From Cyclobacteriaceae bacterium (GTDB lineage: Bacteria > Bacteroidota > Bacteroidia > Cytophagales > Cyclobacteriaceae): a DNA stretch of 64,000 nucleotides. A program made the translations under genes and the position numbers. Below, one piece after another: positions 19,341 through 27,893 of this stretch; the first letter of the stretch is position 1; each line of letters starts with the position of its first letter. The notes beneath the pieces were generated by a model. That model saw only the letters and a program-made list of their open reading frames with translations. It had not been told where the DNA came from and did not search any database. The stretch covers positions 1,532 through 65,531 of the forward strand of contig JBKBOE010000001.1 in NCBI GenBank assembly GCA_046294915.1, read 5' to 3'.

Positions 19341-19686
19341 CATCAGCGAAAAATTCACCCGGATCAGCGATTACTGGAATCCGCGGATAATCGGAGAGCT
19401 GAACGGCCAGCAGATAAAAGCTGCCCGGCTTAAGGGGGAGTTCATCTGGCATTACCACGAACACGAAGATGAATTATTTTTGGTAACCAAGGGAAAGTTG
19501 AAAATGGAATTCCGCGATAAAACAATTGAGATTGGAGAGGGGGAATTCATTATTGTTCCGCGAGGCGTTGAGCATAAGCCCGTAGCAGAAGAAGAGGTTG
19601 AATTGTTATTGTTTGAGCCGGCATCTACATTGAATACGGGAAACGTTGAAAATGATAAGACAAAGAGGGAGTTGAAAAAAATTTAA
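19327..19686 (+). CDS. cupin domain protein
   Basis: About 119 aa with WHYHEHEDELFLV...VPRGVEHKP cupin motifs. The start at MEKVNISEKF overlaps the ribD end by 14 nt. Confidence 0.7.
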   Translation: MEKVNISEKFTRISDYWNPRIIGELNGQQIKAARLKGEFIWHYHEHEDELFLVTKGKLKMEFRDKTIEIGEGEFIIVPRGVEHKPVAEEEVELLLFEPASTLNTGNVENDKTKRELKKI

Positions 19687-19688
19687 TC

Positions 19689-20171
19689 ATGGCCGAAGAA
19701 CTGATCATTTCGTCATCAACCCATAAAAAGGAAAAGTATCAAACCCTGATACCACAACTTGAATCGTTGATTAGCGGAGAGCCGGACCTCATTGCCAACC
19801 TGGCGAACATAGCGGCTGCGCTCAAACAAACCATGAATTTTTTCTGGGTAGGTTTTTATTTGGTTAAAGATAACCAGCTGGTACTTGGGCCATTTCAGGG
19901 CCCGATCGCCTGTACGCGCATTGATCTTGGCAAAGGAGTATGCGGAGTTGCCTGGAAAGAAAAAAGGGTGATCGTTGTTCCTGATGTGGATGAATTTCCC
20001 GGACATATTGCCTGCAGCTCGGCTTCAAAGTCGGAAATTGTTTTACCAGCGTTTAAAAATGGAGTGGTAAAACTTGTTCTGGATGTGGACAGCGATAAAC
20101 TGAGCGATTTTGATGTTGTTGATGAAACTGAACTTGGGAAAATAATCCGGCTCCTTGAGGCCAGACTCTAA
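19689..20171 (+). CDS. msrC: GAF domain protein (free methionine-R-sulfoxide reductase family, YebR/MsrC-like)
   Basis: 160 aa with FWVGFYLV...GPFQGPIACTRIDLGKGVCG...HIACSSASKSEIV. Confidence 0.8.
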   Translation: MAEELIISSSTHKKEKYQTLIPQLESLISGEPDLIANLANIAAALKQTMNFFWVGFYLVKDNQLVLGPFQGPIACTRIDLGKGVCGVAWKEKRVIVVPDVDEFPGHIACSSASKSEIVLPAFKNGVVKLVLDVDSDKLSDFDVVDETELGKIIRLLEARL

Positions 20172-20208
20172 AGAGAAATATTTACCTTCATTCCGGGAAA
20201 CCGTAAGG

Positions 20209-21189
20209 ATGAGCAAACTTATTACCGTATTTATTTTGCTGGTTTGTCAACCCGGCTTCACCCAGATTGGATCCAAAGCGCAAAGCGGTAAGCCAACAGG
20301 AACCTGGGTAAATAACCAGTTTGGTTACCAGATGATGTTGATATTAAATGAAGACGGCACCGGTGAATTTGACGGTGAAATGATCCGGTACACCATTACA
20401 GGAAATAAGCTCAGCATAACGCAAGCGGCCATTGCTACGCAATACACCTTTTCAGTGGCTGCCGCTACACTAACACTTTCCGGTGGCGATATTGACGGCA
20501 CCATTACTTTCAACCGGCTTACAGCAGGTAATGAGGGTACCAAAAGTACCCCGGTGCAAGCGCAAAGCAATTCCACCATAAATCCGGCAATTCTCGGAAC
20601 CTGGTCGGGTTACGGAGAGACAATTGAATTTCGTGCCGATGGCCAATGCAATTATCGCGGAGAACAATTTACTTACCGGATTGCTGGTAAAAGTATTGTA
20701 CTGCAAACTCCTTTAGGTGATGCTGCTCTTGAATATCAAGTCAACAATAACCAGCTTGTTCTTACGGCTAACGGCCAAACCTTTACATACACCAAATCAG
20801 CGGCTTCATCTGTTTCATCATTGGGCGGAAAAGCACGGGTAGCCCCCGAACTGGTGGGTAAGTGGTGTTTTGTCAATGTGTACAGCAACAGCAGCGGAGG
20901 CAGCAGCACCGAAAAATGCCTTACCCTGAATGCCGATGGCACCTATGAATATTATGGCGAAACATCGCGCAGTGTGAATACCGATGCATTTTACGGAGGA
21001 ACCAACTCACAAAGTGTGGACCGTGGTACCTGGACGTACGATGGAGTTCGGATACAGTATGTTTCACAAACCGGCAGAGGGTCAGGATCCTATACACTTG
21101 AAAAACGCAACCACCCTAAAAACAACGATCCGATGATTGTGTTGGATGGTGAGACGTACGTAACGCAGTATCAAAAAGCGCCCTGGTAA
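20209..21189 (+). CDS. secreted protein with three lipocalin-like repeats
   Basis: Signal peptide MSKLITVFILLVCQPGFTQ followed by three modules of about 90-100 aa that share a G(T/K)W...(N/R)ADG(T/Q)...Y pattern. Confidence 0.6.
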   Translation: MSKLITVFILLVCQPGFTQIGSKAQSGKPTGTWVNNQFGYQMMLILNEDGTGEFDGEMIRYTITGNKLSITQAAIATQYTFSVAAATLTLSGGDIDGTITFNRLTAGNEGTKSTPVQAQSNSTINPAILGTWSGYGETIEFRADGQCNYRGEQFTYRIAGKSIVLQTPLGDAALEYQVNNNQLVLTANGQTFTYTKSAASSVSSLGGKARVAPELVGKWCFVNVYSNSSGGSSTEKCLTLNADGTYEYYGETSRSVNTDAFYGGTNSQSVDRGTWTYDGVRIQYVSQTGRGSGSYTLEKRNHPKNNDPMIVLDGETYVTQYQKAPW

Positions 21190-21274
21190 GAAAAGCAGCC
21201 ATTCGCATAATTTGCTGTTGCTGAAATCGCTTTTTAGAGTACCTTTTATTCCGTTAAATCATAATCTGACAACC

Positions 21275-22417
21275 ATGGAAAAGAATTTTACCCGAAGGAA
21301 CTGGCTCAAATCAGCTGCAGCCCTTGGAGCGGGTTTACCGCTAAGTTTATCGATCGCTGAGGAACTGATGGCTGCACCCGTCAGTCGGGCCGAACAATTG
21401 CATGGCATATTCCGCCCCGGCAAACTGGTAAGGCTGGGCTCAAATGAAAATCCGTATGGTCCTTCAACCAAAGCACGTGAGGCTATTAAAGCGTCTATTA
21501 CCGAGCATAACCGTTATTCGTTTGCCGAGTCGCAGGAGTTTAAAAAAGTACTTGCCGAAAAGGAAGGGGTTTCTCCTGATCATATTCTGCTTGGTGCAGG
21601 TTCAGGCGAATTACTGGCACTGGCCGGCATGAGTCTGGGTATTGAAGGGGGGTCGGTACTTTCGGCATTCCCCACGTTTCGCACGCTCATGGAGTTTGCC
21701 GTTCGGTTCAATGCGCGTTGGGATAAGGTTGATTTGGATGAAACCCTTACCCACAACCTCGAAGGATTGGCCTCGGCCGTTAAGCCCGACACAAAAATTA
21801 TTTTTGTGGTTAATCCGAATAATCCAACCGGGACGATCGTAGAGGCATCCAAGCTGAAAAGTTTCTGCGAGGAAATGGCACGCAGAGCCATTGTTTATGC
21901 CGATGAAGCCTACCTTGAATTTCTTGAGCCAAGCCAGCAGCATTCAATGATTGACTTGGTGCGAAGCGGGCATAACGTAATTGTGTCGCGCACTTTTTCA
22001 AAAATTTATGGCCTGGCGGGCTTACGATTAGGGTATATTATAGCTAAACCTGAAATTCTGCAACGCATGGCCAAATACCAGCCGGGCACTATCATCAACC
22101 AGCCCGTGCTTGCTGCTGCCAGAGCCAGCCTGGGCGATAATGAGTTTATGGGTTATACCCGCAGGAAAAATGCTGAGGCCCGTGATTACTTCTGTAAGTA
22201 CCTCGATAGCAAAAAATGGTTTTATGGAAAATCGCACGCTAACGTGGTACTGTTTCCGGCACCGAAAGACGGCAAAACCATTTTGGAAGAAACCGAGAAG
22301 CGGGGTTTCCAGATACGCATCTGGGACTATCAGGGCAAAGAGTGGTGCCGGGTTAGCATTGGCACGCTGGATGAGATGAAGGCGTTTACCAAAGCATTCG
22401 ATGAAGTTATTGCCTGA
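21275..22417 (+). CDS. class I/II PLP-dependent aminotransferase (HisC-like) with a twin-arginine signal
   Basis: The N-terminus MEKNFTRRNWLKSAAALGAGLPLSL is a Tat motif. The body has LGSNENPYGP, NPNNPTG and SRTFSKIYGLAGLRLGY (PLP lysine). Confidence 0.85.
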   Translation: MEKNFTRRNWLKSAAALGAGLPLSLSIAEELMAAPVSRAEQLHGIFRPGKLVRLGSNENPYGPSTKAREAIKASITEHNRYSFAESQEFKKVLAEKEGVSPDHILLGAGSGELLALAGMSLGIEGGSVLSAFPTFRTLMEFAVRFNARWDKVDLDETLTHNLEGLASAVKPDTKIIFVVNPNNPTGTIVEASKLKSFCEEMARRAIVYADEAYLEFLEPSQQHSMIDLVRSGHNVIVSRTFSKIYGLAGLRLGYIIAKPEILQRMAKYQPGTIINQPVLAAARASLGDNEFMGYTRRKNAEARDYFCKYLDSKKWFYGKSHANVVLFPAPKDGKTILEETEKRGFQIRIWDYQGKEWCRVSIGTLDEMKAFTKAFDEVIA

Positions 22418-22532
22418 GCAGTAATGCGATCACGTTAACGGGTGATTGACAAAATATACCCCAGCTTTTGCATGCCTGCTGACCGGTTGTAGGGGATAAG
22501 GTATCACAGACTTCGCTGGTTAGACTACCAAC

Positions 22533-22555
22533 AAAAAATCCCGCCATGGCGGGAG
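22533..22555 (-). terminator. rho-independent terminator after the tRNA-like copy
   Basis: The minus strand reads TCCCGC-CATG-GCGGGA followed by TTTTTTGTTGG. Confidence 0.65.
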
Positions 22556-22570
22556 TGCTGGTTTTGCTTG

Positions 22571-22696
22571 CAAAAGAGGAGGGATTCGAACCCCCCGAGC
22601 CCCGTGAAGGGCTGCCGGTTTTTGCCGAAGGCATCCCTTCGGGGCAAGACCGGTGCAATTCCCAAAGGGATGGCTTTGCCACAGGAATACCCTTTT
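22571..22696 (-). ncRNA. tRNA-Ser(UGA)-derived tRNA-like element with an interrupted anticodon and a remodelled D-arm
   Basis: The D-stem 3' strand and anticodon-stem 5' strand (TTGCACCGGTCTTG) are identical to the adjacent tRNA-Ser. The anticodon-stem 3' strand, variable arm and T-arm match it apart from one extra G. A 22-nt hairpin (22623-22644) sits inside the anticodon, the D-loop is expanded, and a possible shifted acceptor pairing is AAAAGGG/CTCTTTT. Confidence 0.55.
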
Positions 22697-22730
22697 GCTG
22701 AGACAGCGTTTCGCTGATTAGGCTACCAAC

Positions 22731-22753
22731 AAAAAATCCCGGATAGCGGGATC
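22731..22753 (-). terminator. rho-independent terminator after tRNA-Ser
   Basis: The minus strand reads ATCCCG-CTATC-CGGGAT followed by TTTTTTGTTGG. Confidence 0.65.
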
Positions 22754-22767
22754 GCTGGTTTTGCTTG

Positions 22768-22854
22768 CAGAGGAGGAGGGATTCGAACCCCCGAGCCCCG
22801 TGAAGGGCTGCCGGTTTTCAAGACCGGTGCAATCAACCGCTCTGCCACTCCTCT
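22768..22854 (-). tRNA. tRNA-Ser (anticodon UGA), class II with a long variable arm, CCA not encoded
   Basis: The minus strand reads AGAGGAG-TG-GCAG..TTGC-A-CCGGT-CTTGAAA-ACCGG-CAGCCCTTCACGGGGCTC-GGGGG-TTCGAAT-CCCTC-CTCCTCT-G. This folds as a complete cloverleaf by hand. Confidence 0.9.
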
Positions 22855-22903
22855 AAAATTTTGGACAGCAAATGTATGCGATTAAACCTGTTCTGCCAAA
22901 GCA

Positions 22904-24442
22904 CTACTGGTTCTCTTCCCCAAAATCGGCAAAAGTCTTCTTCAGATCTTTATTGCTATAATCTGGTTGCTTTTGCTTAAAAGCATCCAGTTCAAGCAAT
23001 ACAATACGCTGGTCATTCAATACTGTTCTGAGTTTATCAATATCTTTTTCAAACTCCAATGTTCTTCGGGCAGATTTTTGGGCATACTTACGTGCAAATT
23101 CATCACCGGCTGATTGCGCCCGGTTACGGATATCCACATTAATTTTTATTTTATCCATAATATCGTCTTTCGATTTGCCGATAACTTCCGTTACCTCCAG
23201 CGTGTTCATGGTTAACACGGTAGTACCGCCAACAGCGGATACCACCTTGGCCTGATCCGGTTCAAACATAACGGGCGAAAATCCCGTTACGGCACCTAGT
23301 GATGCATTAACCATGGAGCGTTTTTTCTTTCCCTTCTTGGCTTTCTTGTAATCTACATTCAGTTTTTTCTGATTTTCATCAAGCAGATTTATCAATTCCA
23401 GAGCACTGACCAGGCTGTTGCGGTATTTTTGATATTGAAGAGCATCCTTTAAAAGCAGGTTCTCCGTATCGGTAACTACTACAATTACTTTCTTCTGGGT
23501 TCGGTTGCCTTCCTTGTCCACACAAAAGAAAACCAGGTCAGTCTTCAGGCTTTTTTGTGTGTCATCCACAAAATCATAACCAGGAGTCCAGATAAATTCG
23601 TATTGCAGCTGGGTATTTTCTTTTAAAGCAGCCTGCGAAATCCTCGGGTCTGATGGAATAAAACCCACGCTTAAAACGTCATCATCGCCATTCGGATCAG
23701 ATATGTAAAGTTTCAGGCTGATGGTCGCATCTTCTTTAATTGTGAAAAGGGAATCTCCCGGCACGATCAGAATCTCCGGAGGTAAATCCAATTGAGTTTG
23801 TGCAATGCGAAGCCTTCCGCGGGTTTCGGCCTTCATCGGCTGGTCCTGTACAATAAACTCGATGGTCAAAGGGGTATTCTTGAGCGCATTAAACTGGTTG
23901 CGTGAGGGTGTCCAGGTAATCAAACCCTGCGAAGTCATGTTGGCGCCTTCGGGCAAAGTGGATGAAACGGGCTTGAATACAACCGGGTCGCCATCCGGAT
24001 CAGAAACATATTCTGCAGGAATCTGATAACTGTTTCGGGTTGCTTGTTTAACGTAAAATACAGGCAACTCTTCTATAGCCGGAAAGCGATTAACATGATG
24101 AATGGTAAAGGCGATGGTCTTTCGTACACGAGCCCCGTCTTTCCACAGGGCCACAATCGGGATGGCAAGCTCTTTCGTTTGTTCAATGCGGTCGACTAAG
24201 TCGAATGAGGGAACCCAGTTAAAATTACCAATTGAATCGATTTGAATTCCCAGGTGCTCAAATCCCGGTACTGAAATACTGTGCAGGCCGGCACCCGGAA
24301 TTGCCTTCAGTTTAAAAGAAATGCGTTCGCCTTCTTTGCGCGTATTCCATCCTGCTGAATCCGGAAATATCAAGTCATGCCCGTTTTGGCCAAATAGTCC
24401 ATGAGCCGCAATAACAAAACCCAAATAAAAAATGATTCGCAC
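22904..24442 (-). CDS. secreted hypothetical protein with cadherin-like/Ig-like repeats and a charged C-terminal region
   Basis: 512 aa with a signal peptide. SDPDGDPVVF and SDPNGDDDVLSV motifs recur in modules of about 100 aa. A KKAKKGKKKRS linker is followed by a helical, charged C-terminus. Confidence 0.6.
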   Translation of the reverse strand: MRIIFYLGFVIAAHGLFGQNGHDLIFPDSAGWNTRKEGERISFKLKAIPGAGLHSISVPGFEHLGIQIDSIGNFNWVPSFDLVDRIEQTKELAIPIVALWKDGARVRKTIAFTIHHVNRFPAIEELPVFYVKQATRNSYQIPAEYVSDPDGDPVVFKPVSSTLPEGANMTSQGLITWTPSRNQFNALKNTPLTIEFIVQDQPMKAETRGRLRIAQTQLDLPPEILIVPGDSLFTIKEDATISLKLYISDPNGDDDVLSVGFIPSDPRISQAALKENTQLQYEFIWTPGYDFVDDTQKSLKTDLVFFCVDKEGNRTQKKVIVVVTDTENLLLKDALQYQKYRNSLVSALELINLLDENQKKLNVDYKKAKKGKKKRSMVNASLGAVTGFSPVMFEPDQAKVVSAVGGTTVLTMNTLEVTEVIGKSKDDIMDKIKINVDIRNRAQSAGDEFARKYAQKSARRTLEFEKDIDKLRTVLNDQRIVLLELDAFKQKQPDYSNKDLKKTFADFGEENQ

Positions 24443-24497
24443 AGTTGATTTAGCTTAAAAGTGGCCTCAAATTTAGCAAGACAATCGCGCTATCGAT

Positions 24498-24842
24498 ATG
24501 GCAGGTAAGAAAAAGGCCCACTACAAACCAAATTTCTTCAGTGAGGTATATGCAGTGGCAAGGCTGATTCCAAGAGGCCGGGTAACCAGTTACGGTGCCA
24601 TTGCCAATTATCTGGGTACAAAAATGAGTTCGCGTATGGTAGGCTGGGCTATGAATGGTGCTCCAAAAAATGTTCCTGCTCACCGTGTGGTAAACCGCAA
24701 TGGCCTGCTAACCGGCAAGCACCATTTTAAAACACCTTACACGATGGAGCGACTGCTTGCCAGGGAAGGCATTCAGGTGGTTAACGACAAAATCGTGGGG
24801 TTTAGCGACATTTTCTGGGACCCCGCCCGCGAGTTGCTTTAA
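24498..24842 (+). CDS. MGMT-family DNA-binding protein lacking the catalytic Cys (alkyltransferase-like, ATL/YbaZ-type)
   Basis: 114 aa with RGRVTSYGAIANYLG. The position of the PCHRV active site reads PAHRVVNRNG. Confidence 0.8.
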   Translation: MAGKKKAHYKPNFFSEVYAVARLIPRGRVTSYGAIANYLGTKMSSRMVGWAMNGAPKNVPAHRVVNRNGLLTGKHHFKTPYTMERLLAREGIQVVNDKIVGFSDIFWDPARELL

Positions 24843-24979
24843 AACTGTTCAAATTCTGGAATAGACTCTCCCAATTCTGGAAACCCTCACCTTTAAATCC
24901 CTGAAATTTTGCAAAAAGGGCCGATTTCTTACACGGCATACGAATTGGCATAGGTAAGCCAAACTGAAGCGTAAACTGT

Positions 24980-25303
24980 ATGAAAAAGATTATCCTGCTG
25001 CTGGCCGTTAGCCTTCTTCTGGCCTCCGCCATGTCGCTCTCAGCGGCTGTTATACCGAGCAATAACGATGAGGTGGTTGATATTGTAAATACCAAATACA
25101 AGAACCTGTTTGTATTCAGGGCCGAACGAAAATTAATCGGTGCCAAAGTGGAAGTATACTCCATGAATGGCGACCTGGTAACCGCTCAACGCCTGCACAG
25201 AAGGAAAATGATCATCGACTTCTGCGATGTAAAGTTTGGTGAATACACCATACGGATTACAAAAGGAGAGGAGAAACAGGAGTTTTACTATGTAAAGAAA
25301 TAA
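24980..25303 (+). CDS. small secreted hypothetical protein
   Basis: 107 aa with the signal peptide MKKIILLLAVSLLLASAMS. Confidence 0.55.
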   Translation: MKKIILLLAVSLLLASAMSLSAAVIPSNNDEVVDIVNTKYKNLFVFRAERKLIGAKVEVYSMNGDLVTAQRLHRRKMIIDFCDVKFGEYTIRITKGEEKQEFYYVKK

Positions 25304-25330
25304 TTCCGCACGGAAGCGGATAACGGCAAC

Positions 25331-25351
25331 ACCAACGTGGGGTTGGTTTTA
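25331..25351 (+). terminator. weak putative terminator hairpin
   Basis: ACCAAC-GTGGG-GTTGGT followed by only TTT. Confidence 0.3.
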
Positions 25352-25357
25352 ATCGGG

Positions 25358-26848
25358 TTAAGGTCGTTCCGAGATTTCGGAATGGCCTTTTCCTTTTTGG
25401 GATATCAGCCAAAGACCGATAAACGTAATGAGGCCGTTAATGATGAGAATCTCAATGCTGATCACATATCCGTTAAACCACCTTGGTGCATTCAGGCTAA
25501 GGATGTACGATAAAGCCGGTGACAACACACAAACAACGGGTACCAGTTTATCGCGCACCCGGTAACGGGTAAATAACCCGAAGGTGAAAAGGCCCAACAG
25601 CGGTCCGTAGGTATAGCCGGCAATGCCCAGCACGGCATCAATAACCGCCCGGTTATTCACTTCTTTAAATATCAGGATGATTAAAAGAAACACCACAGAG
25701 AAGCCGATGTGCACATAAAACTTCTGGCGCTGCTTCACCGGTTCAGGCTTGTTTTTGAAATTCAGAAAATCAATGCAAAAGGAGGTGGTTAATCCGGCCA
25801 GAGCCGAATCAGCACTTGCATATGAAGAAGCCGTTATGCCAAGGATGAAAAAAATGCCCACCAGCATGCCGAATTCATTAAGGGCCAGGCGCGGAAAAAG
25901 TTCATCAGATACTGCCGGTATAGCGAGGTTGTTTTTCGCACTGTATATGTACAGCAAAGCACCCAGCGTAAGAAACAACAGGTTAACCAAAACAATAATG
26001 TTGCTGAGCCAGAACATATTTTTACGGGCATCTTTAAGCGTGCGGCAGGTTAAGTTCTTCTGCATGATTTCCTGGTCCATACCCGTCATGGTTAGTGCGA
26101 TGAAAGCTCCGCCCAGAAATTGTTTCCAGAAATACAAAGGTGAGTTAACATCATCGAAGTAGAACATGGTGGCATATTTGCTATCGCGGATGGTTTGAAC
26201 CATCTCACCGAATGATAAATCAAGCCTTGTGGCAATTTGCCAAACCGCAATAGCTACAGCCGATACCAGGAAGAACGTCTGAAAGGTATCCGTCCACACG
26301 ATGGTTTTAATACCTCCACGGTATGTGTAAATCCAAATCAGTACAATGGTAGTAGCCACCGTAACAAAAAACGGGATGTTCCAGGCATCGAAAAGAAAAA
26401 GCTGGAGGACAGTGGCAGCAAGGTAGAGCCGTAGCGATGATCCGATAGTGCGTGAAACCAGAAAGAAGAATGCTCCGGTTTTGTACGACCAGAAACTAAA
26501 CCGCTGTTCCAGATAGGTGTAGATAGAAACCACATGAAGCCGGTAGTACAACGGCATCAGCACTGCAATGATGGCCCAATAGCCGAGCACATACCCCAGC
26601 ACTACCTGAAAATACCCGAACCCGATTTTGCCAACATTTCCTGGAACGGAAATAAAGGTTACCCCTGAAAGCGATGCCCCGATCATGCCAAAGGCCACCA
26701 GGTACCAGGGTGATTGCCGGTTGGCAGTGAAAAACGTGTCGGTAGTGGCACCTTTTGAAGTGAAATACGAAATGAGTATAAGCACCAGAAAATATATACT
26801 GATGATGGAGATGATAAAGGCCGGTGACATGGTGCAAAGAATGCTCAA
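25358..26848 (-). CDS. sodium:solute symporter family transporter
   Basis: 496 aa with about 13 TM segments and an SSS-like N-terminal pattern (TDTFFTANRQSPWYLVAFGMIGASLSGVTFISVPG). Confidence 0.85.
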   Translation of the reverse strand: MSILCTMSPAFIISIISIYFLVLILISYFTSKGATTDTFFTANRQSPWYLVAFGMIGASLSGVTFISVPGNVGKIGFGYFQVVLGYVLGYWAIIAVLMPLYYRLHVVSIYTYLEQRFSFWSYKTGAFFFLVSRTIGSSLRLYLAATVLQLFLFDAWNIPFFVTVATTIVLIWIYTYRGGIKTIVWTDTFQTFFLVSAVAIAVWQIATRLDLSFGEMVQTIRDSKYATMFYFDDVNSPLYFWKQFLGGAFIALTMTGMDQEIMQKNLTCRTLKDARKNMFWLSNIIVLVNLLFLTLGALLYIYSAKNNLAIPAVSDELFPRLALNEFGMLVGIFFILGITASSYASADSALAGLTTSFCIDFLNFKNKPEPVKQRQKFYVHIGFSVVFLLIILIFKEVNNRAVIDAVLGIAGYTYGPLLGLFTFGLFTRYRVRDKLVPVVCVLSPALSYILSLNAPRWFNGYVISIEILIINGLITFIGLWLISQKGKGHSEISERP

Positions 26849-26908
26849 TTCAGTTTAATTTCAAATTTTGGTTTAAAAACCCCTTTAGGGAATTGCCTTA
26901 ACTATTTC

Positions 26909-26916
26909 TAATTTTG
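26909..26916 (+). promoter_or_regulatory. putative -7 promoter box for clpS (TAATTTTG)
   Basis: Matches TAnnTTTG and lies 7 nt upstream of the ATG at 26924. Confidence 0.4.
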
Positions 26917-26923
26917 CAGGGTT

Positions 26924-27214
26924 ATGATACAGTTTGGTACATCACCACGTGAACAGGAGTTAGTGGAGGTGCTTGAAGTTATTGAAACCACCGAGTTGCT
27001 CGACCTGGTGGTGTTCAACGATGACTTCAACACGTTTGATCATGTAATTGATACGCTTATCCGCGTTTGTCGCCATACGGTTGAACAGGCCGAACAGTGC
27101 ACCTGGATCATCCATCACAAGGGAAAGTGTACTGTAAAACACGGAACGCTTGTGGAACTAAAACCGATGCGCGATGCCATTTGTGAAGCCGGAATTGATG
27201 CGCGAATAATTTAA
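26924..27214 (+). CDS. clpS: ATP-dependent Clp protease adaptor ClpS
   Basis: 96 aa with [41 protein letters not shown]. Confidence 0.9.
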   Translation: MIQFGTSPREQELVEVLEVIETTELLDLVVFNDDFNTFDHVIDTLIRVCRHTVEQAEQCTWIIHHKGKCTVKHGTLVELKPMRDAICEAGIDARII

Positions 27215-27222
27215 ACGAACCT

Positions 27223-27831
27223 GTGGATTACTCTTCCAAACTGATTGAAGAAGCAGTGAACCAGATATCCCGGTTGCCGGGAATTGGAAAAAAAACTGCC
27301 TTGCGGTTGGTGCTTCACCTGGTAAAGGAGAAGGAGGAGAGCACATTCTCATTAACCGAAGCATTAAATAAACTTCGTTCGGGCATTCGCTTTTGTATTC
27401 ATTGCCATAACATTTCTGATGCCGAGGTTTGTTCTATCTGTGCCGGCACCAAACGCGACCGCTCCGTGGTGTGTGTGGTAGAAAATGCCAACGATGTAAT
27501 GGCTATTGAAAATACTGCACAATTTAATGGCCTTTACCATGTGCTGGGTGGGGTTATATCGCCTATTAACGGAATCGGACCTGGCGAATTGAAAATTGAA
27601 TCCCTGATTAACCGGCTTAATCACGGGCAGTCAGAGATCAAAGAGATTATCATGGCTTTAAGTCCTACCCTGGAAGGAGATACCACCGCTTTCTACATTC
27701 ACAAACGGGTAAAAGATCTTCCCATAAAAGTAAGTGTAATTGCCCGTGGTGTGCCGGTAGGTGGTGAACTGGAATATGCCGATGAAATTACGCTTGGCCG
27801 GAGTATAACTGCGAGGACCTTGTTTCATTAG
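27223..27831 (+). CDS. recR: recombination protein RecR
   Basis: 202 aa with a GTG start, a helix-hairpin-helix ([12 protein letters not shown]), a C4 zinc finger ([16 protein letters not shown]) and a Toprim domain. Confidence 0.95.
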   Translation: MDYSSKLIEEAVNQISRLPGIGKKTALRLVLHLVKEKEESTFSLTEALNKLRSGIRFCIHCHNISDAEVCSICAGTKRDRSVVCVVENANDVMAIENTAQFNGLYHVLGGVISPINGIGPGELKIESLINRLNHGQSEIKEIIMALSPTLEGDTTAFYIHKRVKDLPIKVSVIARGVPVGGELEYADEITLGRSITARTLFH

Positions 27832-27893
27832 ATCGGCCTGGCTGGTTTCATCTTCCCGAATTAATCTCTTTCTTTGTTTTGTAATCATTCATC

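Larger units (their letters stand above)
22515..22854 (-). repeat. tandem duplication of the unit tRNA-Ser body + GCAAGCAAAACCAGC + terminator + GTTGGTAG(C/T)CTAA(T/C)CAGCGAA
   Basis: Direct comparison of the two units. The flanking spacer and terminator context are conserved, while the hairpin stems differ in a compensatory way. Confidence 0.8.

Noticed and set aside
22407-22682. 91-aa minus-strand ORF in the tRNA region.
   Set aside because: It runs through the tRNA-like element and its terminator. Its composition is driven by the structured RNA sequence and it has no protein-like features.
22515-22854. The duplicated tRNA-Ser 3' portion as attL/attR of an integrated mobile element.
   Set aside because: The two copies are separated by only about 70 nt of spacer and terminator. 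There is no integrase or cargo between or beside them, and the duplication includes the terminator and the downstream spacer. This fits a tandem duplication, not site-specific integration.
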